From Tubulanus polymorphus (taxonomy: Eukaryota > Animalia > Nemertea): a DNA stretch of 64,000 nucleotides. Numbering within the stretch: the stretch's first letter is position 1; every line of letters begins with the position of its first letter. A model generated the notes under the pieces. That model made no database searches. It was not told the DNA's origin and saw only the letters and a program-made list of their open reading frames with translations. Below, one piece after another: positions 36,687 through 50,379 of the stretch. The translations under genes and the position numbers were made by a program. The stretch lies in the NCBI RefSeq assembly GCF_964204645.1, contig NC_134034.1:5864914-5928913 (forward strand), written 5' to 3'.

Positions 36687-38194
36687 GCTGCCGAGAAATT
36701 TGCTCCGGCAAATTAAAGATAAATTAAATAGTATGGCGACAAAGATGAATTGAGATTTTGAATAAGTCATGAATTGTTTGAATATAATGATTAAATATAT
36801 ATGATCAGATTAATCTTAAACGAGGTTAAACCAAAATGCCAATGCTGAATGACTTGCTAAGATACCTAGATACTGACTTTCTTAAAATAATCTTATGCTC
36901 CTAGTTACATAATTTTTTTTTAGATGCAATTAATCACATTTAGTTCACAATTCATGGGTGTAACTATATATTATTTCAAACAGCGACAATAGCGCAATAG
37001 TACATTGAAAGTGTAAATGTGTAGATCGTCAATTTATATCTAGAATAAAGTCGGCAGTTTGATTCTAAGAGTATTTGAATGTATAAGATGATTAGAAATA
37101 CAGCTAGTTATTAAGTGATACGCACATACGTAAAGTATGACTGTTTGTGTTAACCTGAGGTGATGAGACAGATCTCAGTTGGCTTATACAAATGCGAGTT
37201 ACATAGCAAGAACAATTAATTTGTTGGTAAATGAAAATACACTATAACTAATAAAGATATTGCAAATCAAAATAAAACATAGCAAGTAACATAAGGTTGC
37301 ATTGAGTGGCACACAGTTAAATTTGTCTAGATTTAAATCCATGCGCATTATGTTTGGTTGATGAAATGTTCCAAGAATTTAGTGTTATATTTATGCTGAA
37401 TAATAATCTGGCTGAAGAACGTAATTACGATTAATATTCATAGATTCATTAATTTGCTCCTGCATATGCGTGTGATTTTGACTCAACTCGTCCCAGATGT
37501 CGTTAAATTTCTGGAAACATGATTCGAGTTCACGCATTTCAATTTTATAATCGCATAATTCCAGTTTTGGTTGAATATAATAATTGCCTATTGTTGCATA
37601 GCCTGTTTTATCAACTTCTGTAAAAACGTCAATGAAATTAAAGCAAAATTCACATTTTTCTGCGGCACCGATTGGATCAGCTTTTCTTTTCTCCAACTCA
37701 GATAGTTCAGCATTTTCAGTTTGAACTGATGCGCAGTTGGATTCTATTTCGATTGAAGAAATGCTTTGGATATGAGTCGGATCTGTTTGCGGAAACTGTA
37801 GATTTTATTATTTTTGTTTGTGTAGCAGAAACAGAAAGTTGGCGACACTTAGCTTCGGAATAAAGATCGGTCTGAATGCCAGCTGCAACTAGTGGTGATT
37901 TCTCTTTCGGCTCCGGATCTTTTTGTTTGTCGCTTTGTTGCATTCGTTTCTTTAGAAATGCGTTCATTCGATTTTAGTCACGCTTAATGGTATTCGGTGA
38001 TTTTCTATTACGTATGCGTACCTTTTCGTAAGTCTGTGGTGTATTTGTGTCGTTGTCGTCCTCGGAGTTAGCACTAGCTGTTTCCAAATTCCAAGCTATG
38101 TCAGTGCTCTAGTCCCCATAATGTAATGTGCAGCGATTCGTGTCTTATTTCATATTTCATGTATTAATACTGTGTTTGTATTCGGCAAGTCATT

Positions 38195-38236
38195 TTAGAC
38201 TGAGGAAGGGTGGTAGTAACCACCCGAAATATTTCT
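38195..38236 (+). ncRNA. Minimal hammerhead ribozyme core in the inverted pLTR copy
   Basis: CTGAGGA-A-GGGTGGT(AGTA)ACCACCC-GAAA. Confidence 0.65.
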
Positions 38237-38632
38237 TATATATTTTGATAAACATTTTATCACTTAATTCATTTATTGTGGGATTTTACTCGTATCGTTT
38301 TATCACGGATATTGCATTCTGCAATTGATTCAACTAGCTGACAAAGTTGACTCGATGGAGGTCACCATTTTGCTATCACGTTTACCGTCAAAGAGCTGTG
38401 ATTGGCTGGTTAATACAGCGCTCGAGGTGACTGATCGTGTTAACCGGATGCACTAGGCGATTCAAAATCCTCTGCTTCAATTCCAAAAAATGCTAGCCAA
38501 CTCATTTTATTAGCTGTCTGGTCTAAAAATCACTTGTTAGTAGAATTATTTAAAAATTTTATACAAAGGCGGCCGGCTATGTGTAACATTAACTTGGGGA
38601 AAATGAGAAATAAGGTTTATAAGGTAAATAAT

Positions 38633-39000
38633 TTTTAGCCCACTTGGGACTTTAGTCCCAGCGGGCTATTGCGTTCACTTTTTGTCCGTCGTCCGTCCGT
38701 TCGTCCGTCCGTCCGTAGACGGAATCCAGTTATTTTGGGAAGTTTAGAAGACGCTTCAAGGTAAGGTCTTGATATTTGGGTTATACATGTATCTACCCTA
38801 GACACATCTTCAGCCCAAAAACTGTCATAATCAAGATGGCCGACTGGCAACCATTGTTGTTTGCCAAAATCAGCACTTTTTATACGTTTTTGAACTTTTT
38901 GAGGGAAATTTTGAAGACGCTTTGATCAATTACCTTGATCTTTCGTATGCATGATAAAAATTGGGTCGATCGGACTCAAGATGGCTGTCCTATGACCTTT
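38633..39000 (+). mobile_element. Helentron-associated (HINE/DINE-1/pearl-like) non-autonomous element
   Basis: T-run, then TAGCCCAC.TGGGACT..AGTCCCAG.GGGCTA hairpin, (GTCC)n microsatellite and CAAGATGGC cores. Confidence 0.7.
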
Positions 39001-39319
39001 TTAGTGCCCAAAAATGTCAATTTTGGCCCGGATTCTGAGTCCTGGTTTTTGAAACGCTTTTCTACTTTGAGAACCGATATCTCTCGTCGATATCTTACGT
39101 TTTACCTATTGTTGTATATAATGTTGACGATTGTGCCCTAGCTCCTAGAATCCGGAATATAAAAAGTATACTTAACTTAACTCTGTAGTTTGCCTTTATC
39201 TTGTATAATATGAGTATATGTTTATTCCATTGTCCGATAATTTCTTCTATAATGTGTAGTTATAATCCAGCGTAAATCCTATAGTCAACCCGTCTGATCC
39301 GGTGAACGCCCAAAACTCC

Positions 39320-40440
39320 TCCCAACAGAACTTACCCAGACAAAACTCCGCTATTTCTTCTCCTGGACAAAATTCCTCCATTGGGTGGACATTTTTCCTC
39401 TATGACTACGCTGAATAAAATTTGATTAAAATACGCTGAATAACATATATTACATCAATTTTATTTACATGAATAGGATTTACAGTTATAAAAATAGAGG
39501 GAATATATACAGGAGAGGAGAGATACATTGAATACAGTGTTTCTACAAAGATATTTTTCAGAAATAATCAAATTTTACGCTGTTGATTTTTCCAGAATAT
39601 AGATATGTACAGGTAATATAGTTATGAAATATCCAAAAACCTATAATATATATATAGAGCATTAGGTACCAGTATTGGTCAAAATGTTCTTTAATCTAAT
39701 GGAACGATACATTAAATTTGTCCATGAGTAATACTGATTTCAGTTCACCTGTTATATACAGAAGTTTTTAGAAATGATATAATTGATATACAGAGCATTT
39801 TAATATGAAAATATAAAATGCAATATGACCCGTCACTAGCACATATATATATATATATATCTCTGGAATATAATACACGGATAATATGTATTTAACTTAA
39901 AATGCGCATTTGGCCAATAGTACGTTAAGAATAGACCTATGTCTTTTGGCTGTTATTATAGTCCAAGCACAGATTCCTGAGACGTATTTGTAAGTCCATT
40001 TATTTCTTTCGTTGACGTTTCGCAGGCCGTTGCCCTGCTTAATCATGTTCTTGAGTAACAGTTATTGTTCTAGAGTAACAGGTTACTGCAGTATTATCAT
40101 GTTGGAAGCACAGAATTGTTCTCTGCACTGATGGGTGCTTATGTCCAACTAGGTTTTATTGTTCCACACCTCGCATATGTTATTAGTCCTGGCATCACTA
40201 TTTAGAGTAGCCTCGTGTGCATTCCATTTTTCGGTTGGGAACAGGAGAGCGCCTCAATCGCAGGATTCCGTTCGGAGAACGAACAGGTCTGTATAGTCCA
40301 TTTACATAAACCGAATTAAAATAAGTCAAGGATCTCCACTGCATCTTCTACAGCATTCTCCACAAGATACTGGATAAGTTAATAATCTCCTTTGGTGGAC
40401 GGTTGGCCATCTATAAATCTTGTAAATAAGAGATAACCTC
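39320..40440 (-). mobile_element. MULE/Mutator transposon 3' relic
   Basis: YFNSVYVNGLYR..WNAHEATLNSDARTNNICEVWNN..LVGHKHPS (about 40130-40330, across frameshifts); CAAAA.TCC subterminal repeats at 39311-39380. Confidence 0.75.
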
Positions 40441-40964
40441 TTGGGGTACTGTATATATTGTTTGTTTTATAAACATTTCAAAAAGAGTATTATGATAAAT
40501 AGTATTTAAAGAATATTATCATATCTACATGTAAATTCTGAATCTTTGCCTTTTTCCCTAACTATATGTCGGATTTACTATCGTCTGATGAGGACTGGAT
40601 TTTAGTGTGCATTTATCGGATTCTGTGACCTTATATTCCCTGGAGAATCTTGTGAGTGGAAGTATTTTTTTGGCATCATGCAAGTCTTTGGAAATGGAAA
40701 AGCATTGAGGGCTCCCTTTAGTGGGAGAGGCCAGTAATTGGTGAATTCTGCTCATTTTATGTGGTTGGTATCTATTATTCTCTTTAAAGCTAAATGCCTG
40801 CGCAGGTCGGCTGCGGAGGCCGGAAATGCTTGTAGTGCTGGACAAAGCTGTATTTCCTCAGTCGGGGAAAAAGCTAGAGGATTTTTATTTTATATAACTT
40901 ATTCATGAATCTCCTATAAATTCCTGGTTCACAGTTTTTCACATCTATGCACTCTCATTTACTT

Positions 40965-41305
40965 CATCCTCTCCCGGCAGGGATTCGAACCTGATGGCAT
41001 CGAGATTCCCGCAGCACCCAACCCTGCCATAATTGACCGTGTGCGCAGATACATGCGCAGTTCAGATGATGTGATTTTTAGCCAATCAGAAATCCGGTTT
41101 TATTTTAGCCCGGGTTTTCCCATTTATAGTTCTTCCTTGAAATTTGCCTCAACGATTATACAAAGAGCATTCTGATTGGTGCCGCCAGTTTTCGTTCGGA
41201 AAGCTGCGCATGTATCTGCGCGCCCGGTCTACTGATGCAGGGGTTCGTGCCGTGGCTGAGCGTAGTGATGCCATCAGGTTCGAGTCCCTGCAGAGGGAGG
41301 ATTAT
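40965..41305. repeat. Inverted pair of tRNA-like (Pol III B-box) sequences around a symmetric core
   Basis: GATGCCATCAGGTTCGA(A/G)TCCCTGC on both strands; inverted TGCGCAGATACATGCGCAG and CCAATCAGAA; partial third copy at 63323-63387. Confidence 0.65.
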
Positions 41306-41769
41306 TTACTTGGGTGACTCGTGAGGACATTTATTACCATTCTAACTGAGGATTGAACTCAATAACCTTATTATCACCAGAGGAAGGCTTGACAGGTTTT
41401 TTTGCGCATTAAATCTCATGGAGGAAACCAAAGGATTTCCTCTTCTAGCTTCTCTACCTCCCAGATGCTAGTGACGTGAGTGAACCCATGAAGCGTCGCC
41501 TATTAAGATAAATCGCTAATAAAATACTCATCAGAACAGACAACTCCTGCAGCTGTGTCTGCACCGGTAGGCCTCCCGTACGCAACCGTAGGCCTCGCGG
41601 TGTCACAGGACGACGCTCAATAAAAAAAGTCTTGGAGGCTCCGACTCCCGAGTCCTCGTGTCTACGCGGGTTTCTCCGTCAGTGGGTCCGTCCGGGTCCG
41701 CTCGTCCTTCTCTTGAATAAATGGAATTCGAATATTGATTAACATACAGTTTGAAAGGTAAAGATTATA

Positions 41770-43207
41770 AATCTGATACCTCAAGGGCGAGCAGATATCT
41801 TATATAGATTTCGCTTTTTGATGAACATTATACTGACAATTTTTGAATTTTTCATACGTTCTTGATGTATGAGTACGGAAACTATAGAAGTCTACTCTAC
41901 CTTCCCATTTGCCACGTATTTTGCAACGTTCACAGGCGTAGTATCCATTGTGACTAACTATACATTTAATGAATCCTCTCGCCGGACATCAGAAACAATG
42001 ACTTAATTGATATTGCATAGTTCCTTCCATCAATCGTGATTCCAGATTCTTGTAAACGAGAAAACTCCTAAAGAAAATCGTGCAGGTACTGATTCACATT
42101 GTTCGGCTTTGAGTCTCCAACCCACAGAGCAATAGCGAATGGTTCAAAACTTGAAAACGAGCTAAGGATTGGCCAAAATTGTTTCTTGGATGATTTATAC
42201 AAAGGGAGACCATCAACATTAATGATCAACTGAAATGATTCCTCCTGCACATGTCTATATTTAGTTGAACTCAAACACTTTTAACACAGTACTCAATTCC
42301 AAAGTTATAATAATCGCCACCACTTAGTTTAGTAGTTGTTATACCCCTAGGCCTTTTCAATCAAGTACGACTATCTTTTGGTAATTGGTGACCGAAATCA
42401 CGAAGAATCTTACGTAATTAATTGATGCACTCCTGTGTACACTTGCTCTCTATAGCCCATGTAGCCAACTGATGATGCAGACTTTGATCTTGATCATCAA
42501 CTACACTGGAAGAACTTTCCTCAGAATCATGCAAAATAGGATCAGACTCAGGATCAGATACAGTATTTTGGTTATTATCAGATTCAGATGTTTCATCATA
42601 GCTAAAATCGGATGTATCAAGAAATTCAAATCCTGCGTTCGGCTGTTCTCCACTTATTTGAGCTACTGCTTCGAGATTTGTATTATCATAATCTTCACGA
42701 TCTATTATTGAATCACTGGATTCTAATTCAAAATTTTCATCATCATGGCACAGATCATTTCTAACTTTAGCATCAATAACACGCCATATCTTTTCTTTAC
42801 CAACAGACATTTAATAATGATATTATGCATTCTTTGCTACAAGATCAACACAGGATTTTTTCTGAAGCATCTTGTAATCGGCACAAGAAGTAGCACGATC
42901 AAAAATTACTTTTGCACCGGCACTGGACGTATCGGCCCCACTCCGCGCGGTTGCGCCACCGCGCGGGATTTATGCGAAGCAGCAAACACAAACATGGCCA
43001 CTCTTTCAATTTTCAATGATAGAAATCGTGTGTGCATTTCAATTATTTCGGCTGTTAGGGTTTTAAGGCACAATATAAGTTGATGATGTGATATGGCGAT
43101 GTTAATTAATGATAATTCCGCAGTGAAGCTAGTCACGAACGGTGCCGATTGAGTGTACAGCTGCCAAAAACACTGAAATGTGCGTAGTTGCGTAACTATT
43201 TGCAGTG
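41770..43207 (-). mobile_element. EnSpm/CACTA transposon 5' relic
   Basis: INVDGLPLYKSSKKQFWPIL..GDSKP..YLHDF (42068-42274), FIKCIVSHNGYYACERC, LATWAIE..LPKDSRT; CACTGCAAA terminus at 43207. Confidence 0.85.
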
Positions 43208-43817
43208 AATTGCAGACGAAACATGAAGCCTTAACGGCCGTTTAAAAAAATATTATACCAATCGCAATTGTAAAATAAAAATGAGATAGAACCTAAGTTA
43301 AAATTCTGGCCATTTCTAAAATGTTATTACAAATTTTTAGTCAGTGCCGAACGTTTAGTTTTCCAACAATAATGAGGGGTGGTAGGTAGTCATGCAATTC
43401 AAGTCATCATTTATTACACGTTACTTCCGTGTTGTTGAAAATCTCGCGAGTCCTGGACCAAACCCCATTGAACAATGTGATCTGTGTACTGGCCGCAAAT
43501 GTACACAGATCACACTACGCTACCCATTACACACTCCAGTACCCACAGCTTTCATATATCCATCCAAATATTTAAAGTGTCTTTCTTCCTGGTTTTAACA
43601 GTGCATAATTTCTTCTCTTTTTTGTAAGACTGTTTGCCACAAAAGAAGCATACATCCCAGTTAGTTTTTTCACGTTTCGGACGCTGTGCGTGTATTTCTG
43701 TAGGGTACACTTCTGCTCAATTCTAAACTTCGTTTAACAACTTTTTCTACAATTGTTCGACTGGTATAGGAACAATAGCAATTTCTGTGGTAGATAATGT
43801 TCTGCTTTTCGGACTTC

Positions 43818-44560
43818 ACACGCGTTCACACGACGAAATTTAGACTGGTCTAAATTTGGTTCGGTCCAATTTTAGACCGGACCAAGCGTTCACACGGGCA
43901 AAAATACCGTTCCAAATTAGACCGGTCTAGTTTAGACCGTTCTAATTTGGCACGGTTTAAAAGAGCGAGCCAGGTCCGGACAAGATTTTGGACCGGTCTA
44001 AATATACTTGTGTGGACAGAAACTGGTACCAGGTCCAGTCTAAATCGTAATTCTGAATCTCTGCGGTAGATGTTGCAACCTCTGCGGTAGAGTGTGAGTC
44101 CAGTTTATTAAGTTTTAGATGCTTTTATTACCGTTTATGTACTTATTTTAAAGTACTCTTTTCCTCCCTATTCAATGGAAATGTTTGGAGCGTAATTCGT
44201 ATTCGTATATTGCGATCATCATCCGTTTTACTGCCGTGCTTTGAACCGTGTTTAAATGATATTTTCATCATGATAGAATAAAATCGAATTCGCAAAAATG
44301 TCTAAACCCGACAGAGGATCGAATTGGTCAAATGAAGAATGTCTTGCTCTACTTGGAATCTGGAAGCAAGACTTCATCCAGGTGCAATTAATTATTTTAG
44401 CAGATGGCGACATCTTATGGGCCCGGTGCCGAGCGATTTTATCACCGCGTGTCGAAACGCCGTGTGAACGCTCACCAAAATTTGGTCCGGTCTAAATTGA
44501 GACCGGACCAGGTACGGACCCATTTAGAACGGCCTAACTAGTTGTCGTGTGAACTCGGCT
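43818..44560 (+). mobile_element. Harbinger/PIF deletion derivative with Myb/SANT (trihelix) fragment
   Basis: GTTCACACGAC inverted ends, AGACCGGTCTA subterminal repeats, RGSNWSNEECLALLGIW (44298-44495). Confidence 0.75.
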
Positions 44561-45434
44561 TAGATAAATCACGTTTGTATGATCATGTCGTTGCTCAGCA
44601 CTTTTTCTGAGGACAACATATGTAGTTGGCGTTGCTTGTTGGATATCCACAGAGTCTGCTTTTTGGCATAGCACACATTTCCGACGGTGGACTTTTTCAC
44701 GGATCGAACCAGCATTTATAGAAATTGTCGTTAAGGGATTTGTGATCACCATGTCGAATATCTAAAATTAGAGTATGATATATATTGATAGTAAAAATGG
44801 CTGATTTTTGTTCAAACAATTCTAGGCCTATAGTTATGCTTTTAGATGAGCTGAATTTTAAATTAGTTCAAATATATTAAGATTAAATAGATTGATGATA
44901 TGGACAGTTTCAAATTATGTTCTTCTCCAAATTTCTTCTACTACACTTTTTTTAGTAAAATTGTGCAGTTCAAATAATCAGGAAATAGGCTTGTTCTTGA
45001 AAATAACTTTTGCTGTTTTCATTTAATCATAAAACTGGATGTCATAAAAATCAGTAGACAATTGTTAAGTAAAATGTATGCATATAGGTTAACGAATGCA
45101 AATAATGCATACTTACATTAAGGAAGAACTAGAAGAATTCTAAACCAGAAAAACATCTTTCAGTGAAGACAACCATTTTGAAAAAAAAGTTGCAACGGCC
45201 TCTTATTGTTCCATCTGTCGCCCCGTGGAGACAGAATTTTTCAGCTAGCATTTATATTTTTCGAGAAACCTGGGTATAACGAGGACAATGTTGATGTTTG
45301 AAATGAATGACGTTGTTGCCTTGGAGTTTTACGGGAAACTGCACCAGTTGTCAAGATGACAACACCCTATAACCTACAGATGAGTAACTAAGCTTTCGCA
45401 TGATACCAAATTTATCCATAAGGTATCCGGGTTA
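44561..45434 (-). mobile_element. 5' end of an Academ-like DNA transposon (tentative)
   Basis: KCVLCQK...L..SAEQRHD N-terminal motif (44534-44752 ORF); terminus TAACCCGGATACC. Confidence 0.35.
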
Positions 45435-46064
45435 AACGAAACCTAAAAATATCAAATTAGCTGCAAAGCAGCGATGACGGGTTTTCTGCAAAGCCATTCA
45501 CTAGGATGATGGGAATTGTAGTAAATTGAAATACTGATACATATAATAAAATGCATTGACAGAATTGAACCTAATATGCAACCACTGTGTAAACGTCAAA
45601 CGTGATTCAGCTTTGAAACCTGAACATACGCGGACATACAGTCAACAAATATGAATTTATTCGACCAGGACATTATTTTGGCATTCAAACATCATGATCC
45701 TGTATTATCACCACGCTAAAAATGGATCTGTCCTATTAAGAACTCATCTTAAGCACCCGCTGAGTCAATAGATTGAGTGAATTTACAGATAAGAACGATT
45801 TGGAATAGATTTCAAGAAGTTAATCTTTTTATTGAAATATTAGAATAAATACATATATCGTAGTGTAGATCCAATCAATAAATTGCGCAGTTTTCTTAAT
45901 TAGCATAAAACCTACGGCTAACATTTTATATTTAAGGATTCAGTCATGTTTAGATAGTTGGTTTGATCAATGATTAGGGTTAGGGCGAGGTGTAGGCATA
46001 ATAGGAGTGAGCATTTTATCTTGATACAACGGACCACCGGTTAATGTTAAGTTAATTTAAAATG

Positions 46065-46620
46065 TTAAGTATAATTCACGCTGTTCACGATCTCTACACT
46101 GTAAATATCATCAGTATACATAACACCAAAAATATAACTCATTCACTAAAATCAAAGTCGACTTACTTTTTTAAGGTACACGCTGACGATGTCCACGCTA
46201 AAATCTAAGTCTATTAAAAGGCATAGTAAGGTACCACGTTGACGATGTCCGCGCTGTCTACACTAAATTCAAAGTCTACACTATAAGGCATAGTAAGGTA
46301 CCACGTTGACGCGATTTCCACGATGTTTACTCTAAAATCAAGGTCCACTATAAGGCAAGGTACCACGCTGACGATGTCCACGCTGTCTACACTAAAAATC
46401 AAAGTCTATACTCTAAGGCATAGTAAGGTAACACGTTGACGATGTCCACGCTGTCTACACTAAAATCAAAGTCAATAATACTATAAAGCATAGTAATTAG
46501 GTACCACGTTGACGATGTCCACGATGTCTACACTAAAATCAAAGTCTTCAACACACAGTACATATACAAGGTACCACGCTATCACAGTCGATTACACTAA
46601 GTCAAAGTCTACTATAACTC
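46065..46620. repeat. Tandem array, ~60-68-bp unit (~8 copies)
   Basis: GGTACCACG(T/C)TGACGATGTCCACG.TGTCTACACTAAAATCAAAGTCTA.A.TATAAGGCATAGTAA. Confidence 0.9.
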
Positions 46621-47566
46621 AGTACAACGATTTGGTGGCGCTACTAATTAAAAACTCATCCAATTCAATTAAACATTATTTACATGTTACAAAATCAACA
46701 TTCTCCATTTACATGATTTCAACTAACAAATATGCTCCTCTGGGACACCCAAGCTGCAGTCGTACCAACAATTCAATTCAAGATTTATTGCTTCCGTATA
46801 ATTACAAAGATTTATACATGGGACAGACATGGCAAAAGACAAAGAGACACTGACACTGATGGTAAAATAACAGGAGAAAAAAAAACACATTTGAACAGTA
46901 CAAACAGTTGATTACTTATGTTAATCACATTATGTTAATCACATTTACAAAAATACAAACAATAAAAATAAAAAAGTTGAGCGATTACTATTGATTGTCA
47001 CGTTTAGATATAAAATCATTCACAATATTGAATATAATCTTAGCAATTTCTGAGTCCCCGCCCCCTGATGACAAAATGACTAAATCAAATCAAGATACTG
47101 AAACGAAGGGGCGATTATGGTCATAGATTATGGTCATTTCTAATTTGGGAGAAACAAGGGCAAAGTAGGGGAGGTATACCGGCCCGTTTTAACAGCTAAG
47201 GAATGAGCACTCGGGCGTAATTTGGTCAGGGTCTCGTGGGCTAGAATGTTGAGAGAGACTTTCAGGTAATTTTCCATGAAAAAAGAGTGTTTAGAGAGTG
47301 TCGAGGCTATTTGCGGAGTTTCGGGTATTTTACGGAGTCGTTGATTTTATGTAACCAGGAGCAAGCATCTGACTTCGACATTCCATCCCATGCCGTAAAA
47401 AAAGTTCGACTATCGTCGAAGTTGACTCGTCCAACGACTTTGGAGGGAGTCCGCAAGAGGTTTTCGCTGTCACGTTTTTCATAGCCATTTTTTCTTGCTT
47501 CAGCTTATTGGCAATTCTTCCAGCAAATTTTCACCTGTGTCTGGACCACTCTCGTCGCGACTCTTA

Positions 47567-48337
47567 AGGCTGGCTTATGTCGACAAGCAACGCGACGCCT
47601 ACCGACGCAACTGGGTTTATCGCCGCTTAGCGGCAACTAGCGGCCTACGAGAGGCCGCCAGTTGCTGCTCTATCGGTTCGACATAAGCTGGCTCGTCGCA
47701 AGCCGTATCCGGCTAGATATTCTATGTTCTATGCCCATGTTCTACTCCGGCCTACAGGCGGACAGTAGCTTTCGATCGCAGCCGACATAAGCTCAACTGC
47801 GACGCGACGGAACTGAGCGCAGGGGTTCCAGCCAATGAGAGACCGCATATGCATAGTACAAATTTTCACCGCTAGTTAGCGTCATTCGTAATTAAACTTT
47901 CAAATTCAAGTAGTTCAAAACGTAAACCAAACCTTCAGCACGGCAGGGGACTGGACCGAAGATCTAGAAACGAAATTGGTATAATTATGGTGTGAGCGGC
48001 CATCTTTATATAATGTCGCTAGTACGTTGTATTCAAAATAGAATCAGAAAGATCAAAGTCTTAAAGAAATAGCTTTTCTAATAGAAATATATTTCCTAAT
48101 AATTCAAATTTATTCTCAAAATGCTTATCACGTGACCATTTGAGCCGTTGCAGTTGCTAGTAATCGCAACCGACATAAGCAGGGAAGCAACTGGGAGGAT
48201 ATCATATGCCGCTAGTCGGCATCAGTTGCTGCGAATCGGAGCGCAATCGACATAAGCTGTGCTGCGATCGCAGTTGCTCTCAGTTGCGTCGGTAGGAGTC
48301 GGTAGGCGTCGCGTTGCTTGTCGACATAAGCCAGCCT
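47567..48337 (+). mobile_element. Harbinger/PIF non-autonomous element with MADF/Myb fragment
   Basis: 40-bp perfect TIR AGGCTGGCTTATGTCGACAAGCAACGCGACGCCTACCGAC; TTA TSD; WTEDLETKLV*LWCERPSLYN at about 47952. Confidence 0.9.
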
Positions 48338-50379
48338 TTAACTAACTACCTACGGACAAGTCTATTTATTTTCTATTGACGTCGATCTTGTTGGGATATT
48401 TCGCTTTATTTTCGGCGTACATACATGCCATTTTGTTCGTGTTTGTTATCTCTTTATGAAAATGGGCAGTGTATACCATGTGATCTGGGTGATTTTTTTT
48501 TATTGGGAAGATACATTGCCAACACGTGTTTCACTACGCGGGCCGACCGCAATGGTTGTGCTATCATAGGTCCAGATAATTTCCAAACCACATTGACGCG
48601 TGCGGCAGTTGCTGGAAAATATTTAACAACTAAACAAGTAGATAGAACTAATTATTTTTGATTGGTGTCTTGGCAACAAAAAGCTGCTCTTTCCCCTATG
48701 ATATAATTGACGCGTCCCTGCCTCACTGCGCATGTGTGCAACGACATCATAAACGTCGCGATGGCGGTCGTTCTCGCCGATTTAAAGCTCAATTTTCGAG
48801 AATAGGCCTACTTATCAATCCTTTAAATCGGTGCAAAATTAATATAAAAACAAATATAGCTGCATAGCACCGATAACGGGTTTCTGCCTAATTGGTTCAT
48901 ATGTCGAACTGGGAAGCGTACGAAGATTTCATCGAAATAATTCTAGCCCATAACATATGACTATTGCTAAGAAGCGCAACCTGGGTCAACATTATGCTGG
49001 ATATGTGGATATTAGGAGTCCATTTGTCAAAGCATCGAAGCAATACAGTCCAACCTGTTTATGTCTCAGATCGAGCGCGCGGGGCAGGGCCGTCATTATA
49101 TTGCTGACTTATCCAAATTATACTTACACAGCGCAACGTTTTTCAGTGTGTCAACTCCGTCGTACTCTGCATTATAGGACAGTGAGGAATTGAATTTTAG
49201 CCACCTGAGCCCTTGGCTTGTTTCGAAAAGACTTTAAATGACTTCACAGAATTTTATAATGAGTCTAGGACTTTCTAAATTTTTGAAGAATGCTTTCTCT
49301 GGTTTTGGGATAAATTAAAATTCACTCCTGAATACATTAGTAAAAAATTAGACAAATAGATTCTTATCTTATTGAAAGAAATTCTACTGAACACAGATTT
49401 TGAAATGAATTATGTGTCGATTGATCCAGACGAAATAATTACAGCTAAATCAACTGACGATCAACAAGTTGGAGTTTTCATTTATCTTCGGATAATTGGT
49501 CTACCCCTGATGATACAAGCATTTTGGCGACATCTTTTGAAACCTCAACACTTTATCTGCGCGCGTCAATTAGTCAGCCACAGTCGATTTTCATGCCATC
49601 TGACCGGTTTCCACCTGTAATTAAGCAATCTAATGTAAGAATTACTCAGTTATGTAATAGAGGAGTGAAAGAAAGTATAATAAATATTTAAATAATGCGT
49701 TTGTCGTGAAACATCTACTATATCGTAGATATACTACTATATCGTAGAGCATAGACACCGACCGTTAAGCCATGTGGTATTGGTATTTTAAGGGCTATTC
49801 GGTTTACTCCAAAACAAGTCTCTTTAAAAGATAGACTTTTAAAAGCTTCATATCAAGGGTATATCGTAGGACTCTTGATGCTCGTGAACTATCATCCCAT
49901 AATAACAATAAATCAAATTCTGCATGTACACTAGCACGACTGATTACTGGTCCAAATATTTAAACATGACATTAGAAAAAAAAACAATTAGGCCTACACA
50001 AAACGTCAAGTACATACAGCATCTGAGACGCTTAATTTGAAACGTACACTGTGGTTAAAATATATTCCCACCAGCTGCAAGAATCGGCAAAGGAATTGAA
50101 GACCGTAGTGACCAGTTTATTCCACGATTGATAGCTGGGAAGAAAGTAATCGAAATAAATAGTCGTATACATAAGTGTAAACCAGTCCCTTACTAACTAC
50201 TAAGGCTTTCCAATGGCTCTAAACACTACATTAAGGGCCTAAATCTATTCTAGGCGTATCTCCCAAAAGGCTAGGCATTAAGGAAGTAGGTAGCCAACAA
50301 TGATCATTGCTTTGCCGAGTACTCATTTGCTAACATATGTACTCATATCATAGCACCACCCAGTGGAAAGGTAACCTTA

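Larger units (their letters stand above)
33995..38332 (-). mobile_element. Penelope-like retroelement (RT plus GIY-YIG) bounded by inverted pseudo-LTRs
   Basis: RT motifs YGLPKIHK..PLRPIIS, FDAVSLFTNIP, RYVDD, PFLDV..VFRKPT; GIY-YIG GVYKINCSDC..YIGET.R...R..EH. About 200-bp inverted repeats at 33996-34199 and 38091-38295; candidate TSD ACTAGCTGAC at 33985-33994 and 38333-38342. Confidence 0.85.

Noticed and set aside
33963-38328. Duplicated 66-aa ORFs MQRFVSYF... as small protein genes
   Set aside because: They are translations of the two inverted Penelope pLTRs.
40970-41300. Functional tRNA genes
   Set aside because: B-box present but no convincing D and anticodon arms; treated as tRNA-derived repeat.
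47170-50200. Possible Sola2 N-terminal remnants (47200-47490 minus; 49860-50200 plus)
   Set aside because: Only faint similarity (LAPG.., RLIAGKK) among many stops; not supportable as features.
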